Shown: positions 49,810-62,665, numbered from the stretch's first letter. The stretch is DNA of 64,000 nucleotides from Lama glama (GCA_028534125.1 CM052818.1:48486001-48550000); one strand, 5' to 3'. Notes: generated by a model not told the origin, from the letters alone. Program-made: numbers and translations.

Positions 49810-50580
49810 GAAGTATCCTGTTGCCCCTTTCCAAACACAAACACCTTCTGCCCCTCAGGGAGGGGAAGACACAGTATCAATTGTACTTCATTTTTTAATT
49901 TTTGTTTGTTACACTTTGGGAGGGTTTTGGGGGTGGGCAGTAACTAGGCTCACTGATTTATTTTTGATGTGGGTCCTGAGGATCGGACCCCAGACCTCGT
50001 GCATGCTAAGCACGTGCTGTACCACGGAGCTAGACCCTCCCCTGATTGTATTTTTAATTCTTTGCTTTCCTTCCTAATTTTCTCACATGTCTGCTAGCTA
50101 TCTCCATAACTGATACATTAATTTTTCATTTGATTAAGTGAATTATGCTGTCACACCTTTTTCACTCAACACTGTGTTTTTGAGCCTCACCCACGTCGAC
50201 GTGCGTGGCTGACGTCCACTCAGTCTTGCCGATACACGCGGTGCTCCTAGTTGGTGCCCATCTCCCAGTGCATCAATGCAATGGTCTACCACGTGCTTCT
50301 GTGGCCATCTTTCTCCTGCTTCCCTGGACATGTGAACCAGTGTCCAGGGCAGGTCCGCAGGTGAGGAGTTGCCTGGCTCAGCTCTCTAGACAACCTTCCT
50401 GGGAAGCCTTCCTGTGATTGTGCCCGTGGGCGCCCTGCCAGCTAGCAGGACAGACACCACTGCTCCCCGGCGTCCAGGAGACGGGGTTTTGTTAGAATCG
50501 TTTTCTTTCCACTTTGGTGCTCTCACTGTGGTTCTGATTTGCACACTGTTGCTGCCCGATGAAGCTCAGCACCCTGACCT
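49810..50580 (-). mobile_element. Old L1ME-like 3' remnant
   Basis: TTTTTCACTCAACACTGTGTTTTTGAG...CTCACTGTGGTTCTGATTTGCA. Confidence 0.65.
49890..50042 (-). mobile_element. vic-1-type SINE
   Basis: GAGGATCGGACCCCAGACCTCGTGCATGCTAAGCACGTGCTGTACCACGGAGCTAGACCCTCCCC; ATTGTA on both flanks. Confidence 0.88.
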
Positions 50581-51429
50581 GTGATGGAACACAAGTGGGA
50601 CCTGGTCAAGCCTGAGGCCCCGTGTCCTTCTCACACTGACCTTTACAGGTGGCAGGATTTAAATCAAAGGAAGCGGATGTGAGTGCCCAGAAGCCTGCCT
50701 CTCACTAGAAACGTAATCTTGGCAAAGTCACAGTTTTTTCCTAGGCGTGAGGGACTATGAAATGAGAACAATAACCCCTCATCTCTCCTGAGACACCATA
50801 GGTAAAACACGCAACGGTGACTGTTTCTGGTTGTCACAGTACTTGCATGTCCCTCACTTTTTACCCCATTCTCCTAACTCAGGACAAGTCTTATCTGATG
50901 GACAGTGGATGGATGTCTGAGACACACGCTAAAAATGTTTTACCATCTACCCAACAATGCTGGAAATTTGACATCAAGAGTGTCAACAGCTCAAGCTGAG
51001 AACTTCTTCCAAGTTAACTTTCTTGGTCAAGAAAATCTTAAGGTGCTGTCCATCTCTCACCTAGCTCTCAGGACACAGATCAGAGAAAAATGGAGAGAAG
51101 GAAATGCTAGTAACCCAGGGGGAGGATTGGTACCCAGGGCCTCGTCTAGCTCAGACATAGGTGAGGTCCCCACTTGCAGGAGAAAAGCAAAGATGAAGAC
51201 AGAACTGGGGAAGCCCACATAAGATGGAGCGTGAGGTGGATGGTTAACCTAAGGTGAAGGCAGAGTTAGACAGGGGTCAGATGCTGCGTCAGGACAAGGA
51301 AGCACATCCGCCCAGGGACTAACTGGAGACTCTGTCACTCAGTCAGTAGAAGGGGTAAGACAGAAAATCAGTGAGAGTATTCTTTGAATCCCAGCTATGT
51401 GCTAAGTGTCTTCCTAGGCCGTAGGAATC

Positions 51430-51562
51430 TAAAACCATCATTTTTTTTCATAACATAATTATTCTATGTGTATTTCTCCTTAAAGACATCTTATCTAACA
51501 TACATTATTGGTTCATTAACATTGAACCGACGCCTCGTGCCTGAATGACGTTTATCTAACAC
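51430..51562. mobile_element. Tigger-family (MER82-like) fossil, truncated
   Basis: TTGGTTCATTAACATTGAAC...TGCCTGAATGACGTTTATCTAACAC. Confidence 0.6.
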
Positions 51563-51670
51563 AGTTCATACAACTTAATAACAACAACAACAAAAAATCC
51601 AATCCAAAAATGGGCAGAAGACCCAAACAAGCGATTCTCCAATGAAGACACACAAATGGCCAGTAGGCAC
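51563..51670 (+). mobile_element. Short internal L1 ORF2 fragment
   Basis: CATACAACTTAATAAC...CCAATCCAAAAATGGGCAGAAGACC...TTCTCCAATGAAGACACACAAATGGCCAGTAGGCAC. Confidence 0.85.
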
Positions 51671-51779
51671 TGTGTTAAAACCATTCCTGATGCTCGTCTC
51701 CTGGGACCTGGGGGACAGCGGGATGAGTGATGCTCAGCCAACAGTGACCAACAATATAGCGCATACTTACAGCGGTGTA

Positions 51780-52150
51780 AAGTGGGAACATAAGAGGATT
51801 CCATGAGAACGCAGAAGAGAGGTGCCTGGTCTAGGGAAGGCCTTTCTGAGAATGAGCAGGAAGAAGTCAAGTGTGGCAGAACATTCCAGAAAGCAGCCAG
51901 CAGACAGTAGTCTTGGTAAAGGAACTGGAAACAATCCTGTTGGGTTAGAGAGAAGAAAACACAATGTTTGGTATAGCTGGGAGGTAGCCGAGTTCAGACC
52001 ATTCAGAGCCTCATAGGCGGGTGCAAAGATTTTGGGGTTTATTCCAAGAGAGATGGAAAACCATTGGTGGTTCTGAAGTTGAGACATCCCATGCTGTCTG
52101 TCACCTGAATGTTTAAGAGAACCCCTCTGCTGAAACACAGGGAAACCCTT
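51780..52150 (-). mobile_element. LINE-2 remnant
   Basis: AGGGAAGGCCTTTCTGAG...ACATTCCAG...TTTATTCCAAGAGAGATGGAAAACCATTGG. Confidence 0.7.
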
Positions 52151-53237
52151 TGAAAGGTGACTGTGGTTACTCACGTGATTCTTAGTGGTAGCCTGAAAAA
52201 TAAAAACACGTGGAAAAAATTATGCTAAAATTTTAGATGGCTCAGAAGAGTTCTTAAGAATGCAGAATGTGTTATGTTGCTACTTAGGAACTGATTTATT
52301 CTTGTAATATAATAAAAAAGTTTAAATGAAAAGTTAAATTACTAATGTTTATATGTTTTAATCAAATTCTATCTGTATGCACATAGGAGAAAGAATGGGA
52401 AGAAACAAGATGACAGGCAAAAGGGCACTGGCTTGGCTCCAGGGACAGATGATTTTCAGTCCTAACTCTGTCATTCATTTTCTCTGCAACTTCAGTCGCT
52501 TGCATGTTGTGGCTCTGGTTCTTCTTGGATGAAATGGTAGAATTTGAACACAATTTTCTTTCAGGTTTCTCCCAAATATAAAGTTAAAGAGAGGTTTAGA
52601 ACTATTAAGTTGGTTTTGGAGGTAAGTAGATTGAAGTAGATTCTTGCTTTCAATTCCAAATTATTCAGCCTTATTTTTAAATCACAAATGCGGTGAAACC
52701 AAGACATAGGCTGTTGCATTTTTGAGTTTGTTTCATTGGAGAATCTGGATAAAATGAAAAGGTTGTACAACAGTTGTAGACAGCACAGGAGGCCACAGCA
52801 AACTGAGACCTGGGCTACTGATAATACAGGTCAGGATCAAAGTCCTTCTCGGTGCCCGGTGCCGCCATTCACAGCTGGAGACCCACCTCTGCCTTAAGCC
52901 AGCGCCTAAATGCCTGAGCTTCCTGGCACGTGGATAAAGGACGTTGTGGTTTTCAAAGGGGTTTCTCATTCACACGCTCTCTCCTTTCACTCCTCTAACG
53001 GGCCCCTGAAATAGGGGGAGCAGACACTACCAGGCCCATGGTGCAGAGAAGCCAGCCGAGGGGCAGTGAGACAAGAGGTTATTTGACCTTCCAAGGATGG
53101 GCAGATGGCAAGAGGTGGAGAAATGGATCTGGGTCCCGGGCTGTTTCCGTGTATCCCACAGCCTTAATGACTGAGTTGGTACAGGGGAGACTCAATCCCA
53201 CCCCAGAAAAATAAACCTCACTGTTGCATATACACAT

Positions 53238-53414
53238 TCCTGTAGGCTGAATGTGTCCCCCTGCCCAGCCACCAGCCCTGCCTCCAGTTCATGTGCTGAA
53301 GCCCTAATCCCCAGCGCGGTGGTCTTGGGAGGCGGGGCCTTTGGGAGATAATGAGGTGCTGAGGGTGCAGCCAGTCTGTAGTTGTTTGTTACAGCAGCCT
53401 GGCTGACTAGGACA
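53238..53414 (+). mobile_element. MLT1A-like LTR with a large internal deletion
   Basis: 5' part GGCTGAATGTGTCCCC...GGGGCCTTTGGGAGATAA joined directly to the 3' end AGTCTGTAGTTGTTTGTTACAGCAGCCTGGCTGACTAGGACA. Confidence 0.85.
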
Positions 53415-55564
53415 CACCGCCCCCCCACCCCAGAATTTGACAATAAATGCCAGCCATCTTCTTTCCACCTTTAGCTTGGAAAGGCACAGAAGTTAAGCGG
53501 TTCCGGGTGGGGGGGTTTCCTGTTGAGAGGGACCCTCTGGATCTCAACCCAAACTGACAACATCCTCCCACTGTCTCTGTCACTGGGAGAAGCCCAAGGG
53601 ATGTGCAGCTCCTCTGGGTTCAGAAGGCTCCACCTACAACATCAACCACTCCAGACCTAGACATCTGGCCCTTCTTGACAGCTGGAAATGACATTCCGCA
53701 CGACTGCAGGTGCCCCCCCGGGGAAGCCCAGCTACCCAGTATTTGTCGGCAGAGGGCACAGCAGAGCAAGGAGGATGGGGTAAGACGGGAGCACAGGTGC
53801 ACGTGGCACTGGGATGCGGGACGGAAGTATGAGAACAGCACGCTGGGACGGCTGTTACGCTGGCAGAGTGGGGTTCAGCACGGGAGACACTGACTGGAAG
53901 GGGTGACAGATGAGCGAGGATGGAAAAATGGGAAGAATGTAAATGGCTAGTGGGCAAAAATGAGTTCTCGTAGGAATTCAAGAAGCACTAGTCCACACAG
54001 ATAATGAACAAGAAAGGCAGACATACAGAGCCGTGGAAAGGACTGTACTAACTGTATGTGGCCAACTCTCGGGAAAACTTCTGTATATTCTGCTTTCCTC
54101 CCTGAACCTGCTCTGAGGATAAAACCGTATAATACACACACATGGGCTTTACGTGCTTGCCTTCCCCCGAAACAAACGACCGCGCTTCCTCCCCTGCATT
54201 AAATTAAACCATTACCAAAGCGCCACACACGCCTTTACATCTGCAGTTGAAACTGCGTGTGTGTTTGACTCCAATCACACGAGGCCAAATTGTAAAGAAT
54301 CTCTTTGCAAAAAAGGGCTGCTTCCCTGGAAAGACGGCATTTCAGTTTCTAAAGATGAGTTGAGTTCATTAGCTTTGGATGAGAATGATGCCCCAGGATG
54401 GCGGGGGGGGGGCAATTCTGAGCAAAACTCGGTACCTACCCCTCCTGGTGCTCAGGTCCATATGCCATGAACTCGCATCTGCTTCCTTGGAAAAGGAGCT
54501 GTGTATTTAAACCTGAAAGAACTGAGCAAAAGCTCAGTGAGTAACGATATTAAGGACACAAGGCACAGGGGGCAAAGAGAGGTGACCTCCCGCCTGGGGC
54601 CACTGGGGGAAACTGATGGGCACAGAAGGCCACAGCTGAGTGTCGGGTCAGTGGGATCTGGAAGGAGACGGAAGAGCGCCTGAGAGGTCAGCAGGCACCA
54701 GTGCAGAGGTGGCATCGCATCCCATCCATGACATGTTGGCATCTCTGGCCAGAGTGGACAGGGCCCTCGGCACAGGGAGGCAGACTCTGGAGGAGGAAAG
54801 TGGTGGATGTCCTGTGAGGACCGCACTCCCTGGTCCATGTCAGCATGAGACCCACGCTGAGCATCTCAGCCTTCGTGGAGGGCACTTCCGAGGGTGAACC
54901 AGAGTCCAGCCAGCCTCAGAGGGTGCCCGGGAAGTCTGCTTTCCGATTCCTGCTTTGACTCTCCAGGCTGAAAGGGGCATTAAGTCCTTATGCTTGTTTG
55001 GCACCGAGTTTTCTTGCCTTGATTGTGTAAGTGTGGGCCTGTCCTTCTTTCTGCTTGTTCACATTCTATCCATCCAGACTAATCGCGTTATGGCGGATGC
55101 AGGTCCCCTGTTGTCTCTGTGCCCATCTTGTTTCCCTTCTCGGCTCGGGCTCAGCTCTGTTTTGATCAAACACCCAGGAGCTCAGAGCTCAGACATGTGT
55201 AATCCGTGCCTGGTGCACAGAGGAGGTTACTGTGGCCCGTTTCCTTTCTGACTCATCCTTGGTGCTGTCAGACCTTCTCGTGGGGGATGATTGTTAATTT
55301 CTTCTGGGTCTTCTTAGGAGCAGGTTCCTAGGCACCTCCCCTTGCGCTCACCCTCCTTGCTGACCCGGCTGAGACGCTGGAGCTCCCTCACAGACCGGGT
55401 CTCCTCCTCTCTCCGTTCGTGTGTTCTGCACATCAGACTGATCGGTGAGCCTCACCCGGGAAGGCATCCCGCCTGCCCTCCTCTCGCCCGTCAGCTGGAC
55501 CACTTCCCTGGGTGGCCCCACGTTATCTTTAGCAAAGCATCCCATTCTTCCACTCAATCTTGTC

Positions 55565-56680
55565 CTCATTCATGCACTTAAGCACATTTGCTGAGCACCT
55601 CACTGGGCTAGGCTGTGGATACAGCAAAGGAAGGAAGCTCAGCCCTGCCTCTCCTGGATCTCACAGTCCATCATTCCTTCCGTGAATTTTTGCTGTGGAT
55701 TTCATTTGTGTCTGGCACCGTCCTTGCCTCTAGGGATGTAGGAGTGAGTAAAACATTCTGCCTCTATTGACTGATGAGAGAGAGGTTCATCAAATACGCA
55801 TAGTAAAAAATATGTGATTATTTCTCATACAGATAAATGCTCTGAAGAACAATAAATTTTCCATGAGACCTTATGACAAGCAAACTGGAAAGTCTAGCAT
55901 TTTTTTTCTGAGAAAATGACACTTGAGCTGCTATCTGAAGGTGAAGCAGAGTTAATTAGACAAAGTAGTTGGTCAAGATCTTCCCCAAAAGTAGGAATGG
56001 CGTGTTCAAAGGCCCTGTGGTGAGAAGGAACCAGCATATTAGCATAACCAAAAGGAGCCCAGAGCAGTGGGCAAAGAGGAAAGGAAGTGGAGAAGCAGAC
56101 TGAAGGGTGGGTGGCTGCAGTCAGCAGGGCCATCCTGGCTGCTAAGAAATTGGATTTCTTTCTTTTTTGAAAGCAGTAGAAGGACATTGAAGAGTTTTCA
56201 TTCTGCAACACAGAGAATGAATGAGAGGAAACCATGGTGAGATGCTGGTGAATGAGCTGTAATAGAAATATGGGTGAGAGATCATGGGAGCCTTCACCAG
56301 GGTGTTGGCAATAGACCAGAACAAATAATGAATAGATCTGAGTATGTTTTGGAGTTAAGTTTGAAATATTTATGGTTAAATACTGGGTGGATAATCAATA
56401 GGAATATTTCAAGGATGTCTCCTGGATTCCTAGTTTATACAGTTGGGAGGCAGTGCCTCTACCATGAAGACGGACAAAGTCAAAGGAGACTAGGATTAGA
56501 AGAGAGGACAAGGGTGGTGTTGGATGTGTTGAGCTGGAGATGTCCTTGGGAGCCCAAGTGTGGGTGGGAAGTCTGATATGTGGAGCTGGTGCTCTGCTTC
56601 TAGAGGAAAGATCTCGGCGGAGTATGTGAATGTGAGATTCAGCGGTGTGTAGATACCACTGTAAGTTGTTAGTAGAGACA
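55565..56680 (-). mobile_element. LINE-2 remnant(s), about 1.1 kb
   Basis: CATTTGCTGAGCACCT..., GACACTTGAGCTG, GTTCAAAGGCCCTGTGG, TTGGATGTGTTGAG, TAGAGGAAAGATCT. Confidence 0.85.
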
Positions 56681-56864
56681 CATTTCCCAGAAACGATTAC
56701 AATGAGCTATTTCTACTCCATCTCCCCCATCGAACTCTCACTTCCTTAAAATTAGGAATCTAGTCCGATTCCTCTCTGAACTCTCAGCTTCAACCATGTT
56801 GCCCATCAAACACTGAATAGTAAGTCACTGAAAGAATAAACACAAGTAACACTGTCAGTGAAGC

Positions 56865-57070
56865 TGGGAATCACATCGAGCGCTTTACAGACTTAATCCG
56901 CACAACAAACCCACGTAGAAAATAGTGCTAACTTGACCGCTTTCTTTTCTGATGAGGAAATAGGCTCCGAGAAGTCAGTAACTTGCCCAAGGGGAACACC
57001 TAGGAAATGGCCAAACTGGAACTCAAATTAAGGTCTATCCGAGGTAGACTCCATGCTTCAACTCTTACGC
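56865..57070 (-). mobile_element. MIR
   Basis: TTTTCTGATGAGGAAATAGGCTCCGAGAAGTCAGTAACTTGCCCAAGG. Confidence 0.8.
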
Positions 57071-57684
57071 ACCAGGGTGTATGTCCTAAAAGACAGCGAG
57101 TCAGGACACCAGAGAGAAAGCAGGGGTAAGTTTTCCATGGACTGAACTACTTCCGTTAACACTCAGTGAAGAAAGTCTACGTTGAACTCTGCTCATAACC
57201 AGATCAGACCAAGTGGCACTCCTGTTGGCCACAGTCCATCAAACACAAAGCTCCTTTGCTCTTGGTGGAGTGATCAGCAGGTGCTGATGTCATCCTCAAG
57301 AGGTTCAGGGAAATTCTCCCAGTTTTATGGATGTTCAGAAACAACTGGTTTTATGGGCTTTTTCTTCAACGTTCACCTGTCATGGAAGAACTTTAGTGCA
57401 GCCTTGGCTTTAGGATGGGTTTATTACAACACGTAGACGGGGACTGTCTTTCTGGGCACAGATGGAAGAAGCCATCGCTCTTTTCCTCATTCTGGTCATG
57501 ACTTTGCTCCACATGGAGCATCAGTAAGTTGCTTACTTAAGTCATCTCTCTCTCATCACGTCTAATGCGCCCTTTTGTTTAGTTGTCTCTACAGTACATT
57601 CATTAACACGTGGAAAAGTCAGATGGAATCTAAGGAAAAATCTTTTCAGCTGAATTCTGGGTTTCAACACAGTTCCCTTCTTAC

Positions 57685-57739
57685 CAACCGAGTGTCCTGG
57701 GGGAATTTTGTTAAACTGTCTTCCCTCCTGCCGCTTCAT
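57685..57739 (-). other. Candidate small exon (55 nt) just downstream of the CpG island on the minus strand
   Basis: Acceptor TTTTTTGGTTTTGTTCTTTTCCGTTGCAG and donor TTG|GTAAGA. Confidence 0.35.
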
Positions 57740-58189
57740 CTGCAACGGAAAAGAACAAAACCAAAAAACCCGGGCATTCGGAGGACTGCATATAATACAT
57801 GTGAATCAGCGAAGACAGCGCTTGACCCATAGGGGTAATTCAGTAAGTGATAGCTGGCCGCGCTCTGCTGTCCAGGGACTGGCCTTCTTGGAAGTTGCTA
57901 CAGTGGAATGCATTACTTTTCTCCCTGCACCTTTCACAGCTGAGGAGGTTTCACGCAGATGTTACGATTACTCCTCTAAGTTGAATCTAGATAAAAGTTG
58001 CAGATAAAAATGATTATTACCTGTAAGTAAAAATTGTGGATTGAACACGTGCGTATCTGTTTTTGCTTTTTCCTCTTCCTCCTCTAAGGCTGCATTTATG
58101 TATTTTAAAAGACATAAGCGCACAAAATCGGAGAGCACGGGAGAGGAGACAAGTCCACGTTTCAGTGGCTGGAAAGCAAACGAATGAGG

Positions 58190-58845
58190 AGGAACTGACG
58201 TAGCAGATCCGAGGCAGCCAGATCCTGAAGCGCCGGCGGTCGGAGAGCAAAGCTGGCCCAGTCCGCGCCAAGAACCCTCCGAAGGCTCCGTGACGCGCAG
58301 CGCCGCCGTCCCGCTCCCACGGAAGGCCAGGGGCTCCACTCTCTGAAGACGTGAGGGGGGACGATCTCTGGGCGGGAGAGGCACCTCTGCAGGGGAGGGC
58401 TTCCCTCTGACTGTGCTCCTGTGACGGCCGGGCGTCCCTCTGCCGCCGAAGATTCAAGAACGTCCAGCCGGCCGAAGCCCCGACAGCGGGCTTCTCCGAG
58501 GGCCCGCGCTCGGCCCAGAAAGGCTGCTTAGGTCGCGGACGCCGAGTCGGTGGTCGGGGCTGCCGGTTCTGCGTTTCACTCTGGCGGCCTTCTCACAGCC
58601 CAGCAGACGGCGAGCTCGGGACGAGAATGGACCCCCCCCACCCGGCCGGGGCGAAGCGAGGGGCCCAGGGCGCGGCCCGGCCCGGGCGCTCAGCAAGGCC
58701 GCGCGGTCACGTCCTCCAGCGCTGGGCTGAGCGCCGCCGCCTCCCGGGGCCGCAGAAGGTCCCACTGATCCCAAACAGCTGCTTTGCCGGTGCCTCGCGG
58801 GCTCTTTGGTAACTCTCCCATGCAGCAAGCGGTGGCTTAGCGCCT
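58190..58845. promoter_or_regulatory. CpG island
   Basis: About 650 bp, GC- and CpG-dense. Confidence 0.75.
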
Positions 58846-59959
58846 GCTACTTTTCAGGCACTTCAGCACAAACTGAGAATTAAAAAAAATAGAAAAGGAA
58901 TAATTTGGTCGCAAGGAAAAGGGCATGTTTTCTCAAGGAAGGTTCTCTGTGAGGGTGCAGTGCGAGGAAACGTCTTGAAATTGGCATCGTATGTTCAATT
59001 AACAGAAGCCTTTTACATTGATTATTGCATCGAATTCTCACCAAAACAGACGGTCTAGTATATACACAGTATATATTTTCTACCTTCCTTTGACGAGCAA
59101 GGTAACTAAATGTCAGGAAGGTGAAGTAGCTGTGAGGTTCACAGAGCTCACGTAGCGCAGACCTGAGGCTTTGAGTTCATCTTTTCTGAGGCCAAGTCCA
59201 AGAGTCCTTAAATGACACCACACTGCCTTTGACAATGACTTCCCGCCCTCATTCTGCAGATCAGGAAACAGAGCCAATGTCGCCTGGACCCAGGGTCGGC
59301 TCGGAAAGCTGAGTCCAGCTGCTGAGCGATGACAGCGCCGTCTCCCTGATTCCTAGGAACTGTGCCTACGGGTACCTTCCGTGACTTCCCAGGATGAAGC
59401 ACTAGTCGGGGTGCAGGCTCTTGGACGCCATCGCAGTCCGCTGCAGCCAGCTCCCCAGCGACCTCCCCCCACGTTGTGGTGATGGTGGCAGTGTTGCCTT
59501 TCCCTGGAAGCCACCCCGTTCTTCCCCAAGGAGCTCAGCACGACTAAACGGGAAACCTGTGCCCCAGGCTGGTAATGAATGTGGCGATTAGATGGGTGCT
59601 TGTTCTGTGCATGGTTGGCCGTGTTCACTGCAATACTCCCTTACAGCTGTAGGTCTCAGCCCACTGGACGGACAGCTCTCCATGCCAAGCCTGCAAGACT
59701 TGCTGAATTCAAGGTGAGTATCACCCGTTCCTTGTCTTGGCTCAAGGAGCTCATGCCCAAGAATGAGGGGCAGACAGGGACTTAAACAATGTGGTGGGGA
59801 CTGCGCTAGAGACGTGGAGATGTTTTCACGTGCACACAGAACTGACAACATGGAGATGATGGAGCAAAGCTGGAAGGAACGGCCTTTTGCCCAGTTCCTA
59901 ATTTCCTGCTTATTTGAAATCTGCTCCTGGAGACTCCGACATTCATTTTTGGCATCTAC

Positions 59960-60188
59960 CATTCTCAGCACATACACTTTCCCTTCATAGTATTTTTATC
60001 ATAAATTTTATTTATGTATTCATTTGTGTTTTTCTTAATGTCTTTCTTTTGTGCTAAACAGAAAGCTACACAGAGGCAAGGATTCGGCCAGTTTTATTAT
60101 CCGCTGTACTTAATTCGAAGGCTTGCTCAGTGCCTGGCAAATAGGATTGATGCTCCGTCAATGTTTACTGAATGAGTGAGTGAATGAT
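59960..60188 (+). mobile_element. LINE-2 3' end
   Basis: CAGTGCCTGGCAAATAGG...AATGTTTACTGAATGAGTGAGTGAATGA. Confidence 0.8.
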
Positions 60189-62288
60189 TAAGAGTGACCT
60201 CATGTGTTTATTCTTTCTTGTGAAAAAGTACCTTTCCAAGCCACAGGATTCTGAATCTAATTATCAGGATTATGAGTTAAATATTTCAATCCCATCAAGT
60301 TACTTTGTCAGAAGACAATCGTGATACAGTGATTCACGAGGCTACAAACGCTGTGAGACTCAAAACTTCATTTTCAATTAATTACAAGTCTGATTCTTTC
60401 TACAAGTGCAGAAAATCATTGTGTGCCCAGTGAGCTACGTGCCAGTTGACATGGTATCTGTCTACACTGCTGAAATCCCCCTTGACCGATGCTGCATTAT
60501 AAAAGTTGGTGAAAACAAGAAAATGGCATCTCCAAACCATAATTCCAAATCTGATGGGTTTTGTTTGTCTGTTTGTCTTTGGTTGTCAGATAACCCTTTA
60601 TTAAGTCATTTTTCTTTGTAGTTCTTAACTCACTGGGCATTCCACTGCACCATTGTTGCCTCCAGCAAAAGGGGAACTCACTACCGGTCAAGCCCCTCTT
60701 CCACCCATAGACATTTAACATTGCAATAAAAAGACAAATGCACCCCATTCCTTAGCAGGTGATAAGACCACGCTAAGAGTTTAAGCAGACTACCTGATGT
60801 AAATATTCAGTTATTATATACGGTCAGTGCTTTTTCCTCATCTTATAAGGCAACACTGGAGACGCTTGGGGAGGTTAGGGGATGTGTCCAGGAACACAGC
60901 GAGTGTCGGCGTGAGCGCTCCCTAGCTGTCTAACGCCAAAGCTTGTAAGTTGCTGGCCCCATAATTTCCTCACTGATTTACTGGGTAACCAGTGCGTTAA
61001 TGCCTAGCAGACCAGCTCACATGAGAGCAGTAACAACTGGAGGTGGTTTACTGGGTCCCTCAGAGGCACTGGCATTGAAAGAGGAGAGCCCGTGGAGTCA
61101 CTGGGCTTTAAACACAAAGGACTGCGTCTCTAGCGGTGGCGCTACAGACGGCAGAGGTGCTTCGCAGCTCAACGCCCGCCACGGAAGATCACGTCTCACC
61201 CCATGGAGGCCCACTCCCTCCACCACTAGCTGTACCCGCGTCCTTGTACGAATGGCTTCGCCCCTCCAGGTCAGGTTTCCTCTTGTGTTGAATGAGGAGG
61301 CTGTACTTGACTTCCCTCTGGGAGTCTTGCAGGTCAGAATCCATACAACCGTGAGGGCAGGAGGACAAGAACACCAAAGCCTGGAGAATGTGGCAGCCCG
61401 TGGCCTCACCCCATGGCGAGGGCACAGTGAATGCCAGGAGGTGCATGGAAAGCTGTTAGCAGGGGACGGCAGACGAAGCCAGAGCTGCAGATGTGGGCTA
61501 GAAACACACAGGTGGTCCAGCTGGCATTTACGTCTCAACACCCGTTCTGTATGGCTCCCCAAAGTGCAAAGAAGTACCTGGGACCGGAGCTGGCGGTGGG
61601 AAGCACGATGGATGCCTGAACTAGGCTCTTCCCACCCACCTGGGAGCTGCCTGATGGACCCACTTCCATCCCATCCCAGGCGGCACATCAACATCGGCTG
61701 AGAGCCAGCTGTCCTCAGGCCAGGAGGCCAGGTCAGAGCCTGGTGGTCCCTGGTGTCCTCCTGTTTGCTGTCCAATAGCAAGGACATTGCAGATACTTAC
61801 GGAGCCCACCTGCAGTTCCTGAGGAGGGTCTGAGGGGGGCCTTGGACTCTGGTTAGTAACAAGTACTTAGTAAGTGCTGGTCCCTCATAGGCAGGGATTT
61901 AGGGGGTGTCAGGTTTAATTTTCCTTTCAATATAGCAATGCTCTTATCAAAAACTAATTTTTGGAGACAAATGCTAGGTTACTCCTTCTCCTCCCTTGTC
62001 CCATTGTCTCTTTCCTTACTTTTGCTTAAAGGATGACTGATCGTTCATTAAGGACTATTTCAGATGTCATAAAAGTACAAAATGTGATATTATGAATACC
62101 TGTGACCCTCGTCCTCTGACTGAGACACAGAACACTGCAGACGGCGTGCAAGCTTTAGTCATCCTGATTCCGTTTCTCTCTCTAACTTCCTGCCACAAAC
62201 CACCAGTGTCGCACACATTCATTGTCTGCCTTTGCCCCGTACTCCACTGCATTTTAACTGCATGCCAGCTTGCAAACACGCACACACA

Positions 62289-62665
62289 TTTTATGGGCTG
62301 AATTGGACCCTCCTCAAAATTCATCGTTGAATCTCCAACCCCCAGCACATTAGAACGTGACTATTTGGAGATACAGGCTTTTAACATAGTGACGAAATTA
62401 AAATTAGGCCATTAGGGTGGTCCCTAATCCACCGTAGCTGGTGTCCTTATTAGAAGAGGAGGAGACAACAGACGTGTGTGCTCACGGAGGACACGGGGGA
62501 AGGTGGGCATCTGTGAGCTGAGGCGAGAGGTCCCAGGAGGAACCGGCTTCACTGACATCTTGATCTCAGACGTCTACCTGCCAGACCCGTGAGAGAAGTC
62601 ACTTCTGTCCCTTAAGCCACCCAGTCCGTGGTATTTTGTCGGGAGAGCCTGGGCTCAGTGACACA
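62289..62665 (+). mobile_element. Full-length MaLR solo LTR (MLT1A/B-like)
   Basis: TTATGGGCTGAATTG...CCCTAATCCA...TTAAGCCACCCAGTCCGTGGTATTTTGT...ACA; flanks ACACA / ACCCA look like a TSD. Confidence 0.9.

Noticed and set aside
61000..61787. Overlapping 233-aa (plus) and 229-aa (minus) ORFs
   Set aside because: No recognisable protein similarity; composition is typical of chance ORFs in GC-rich DNA
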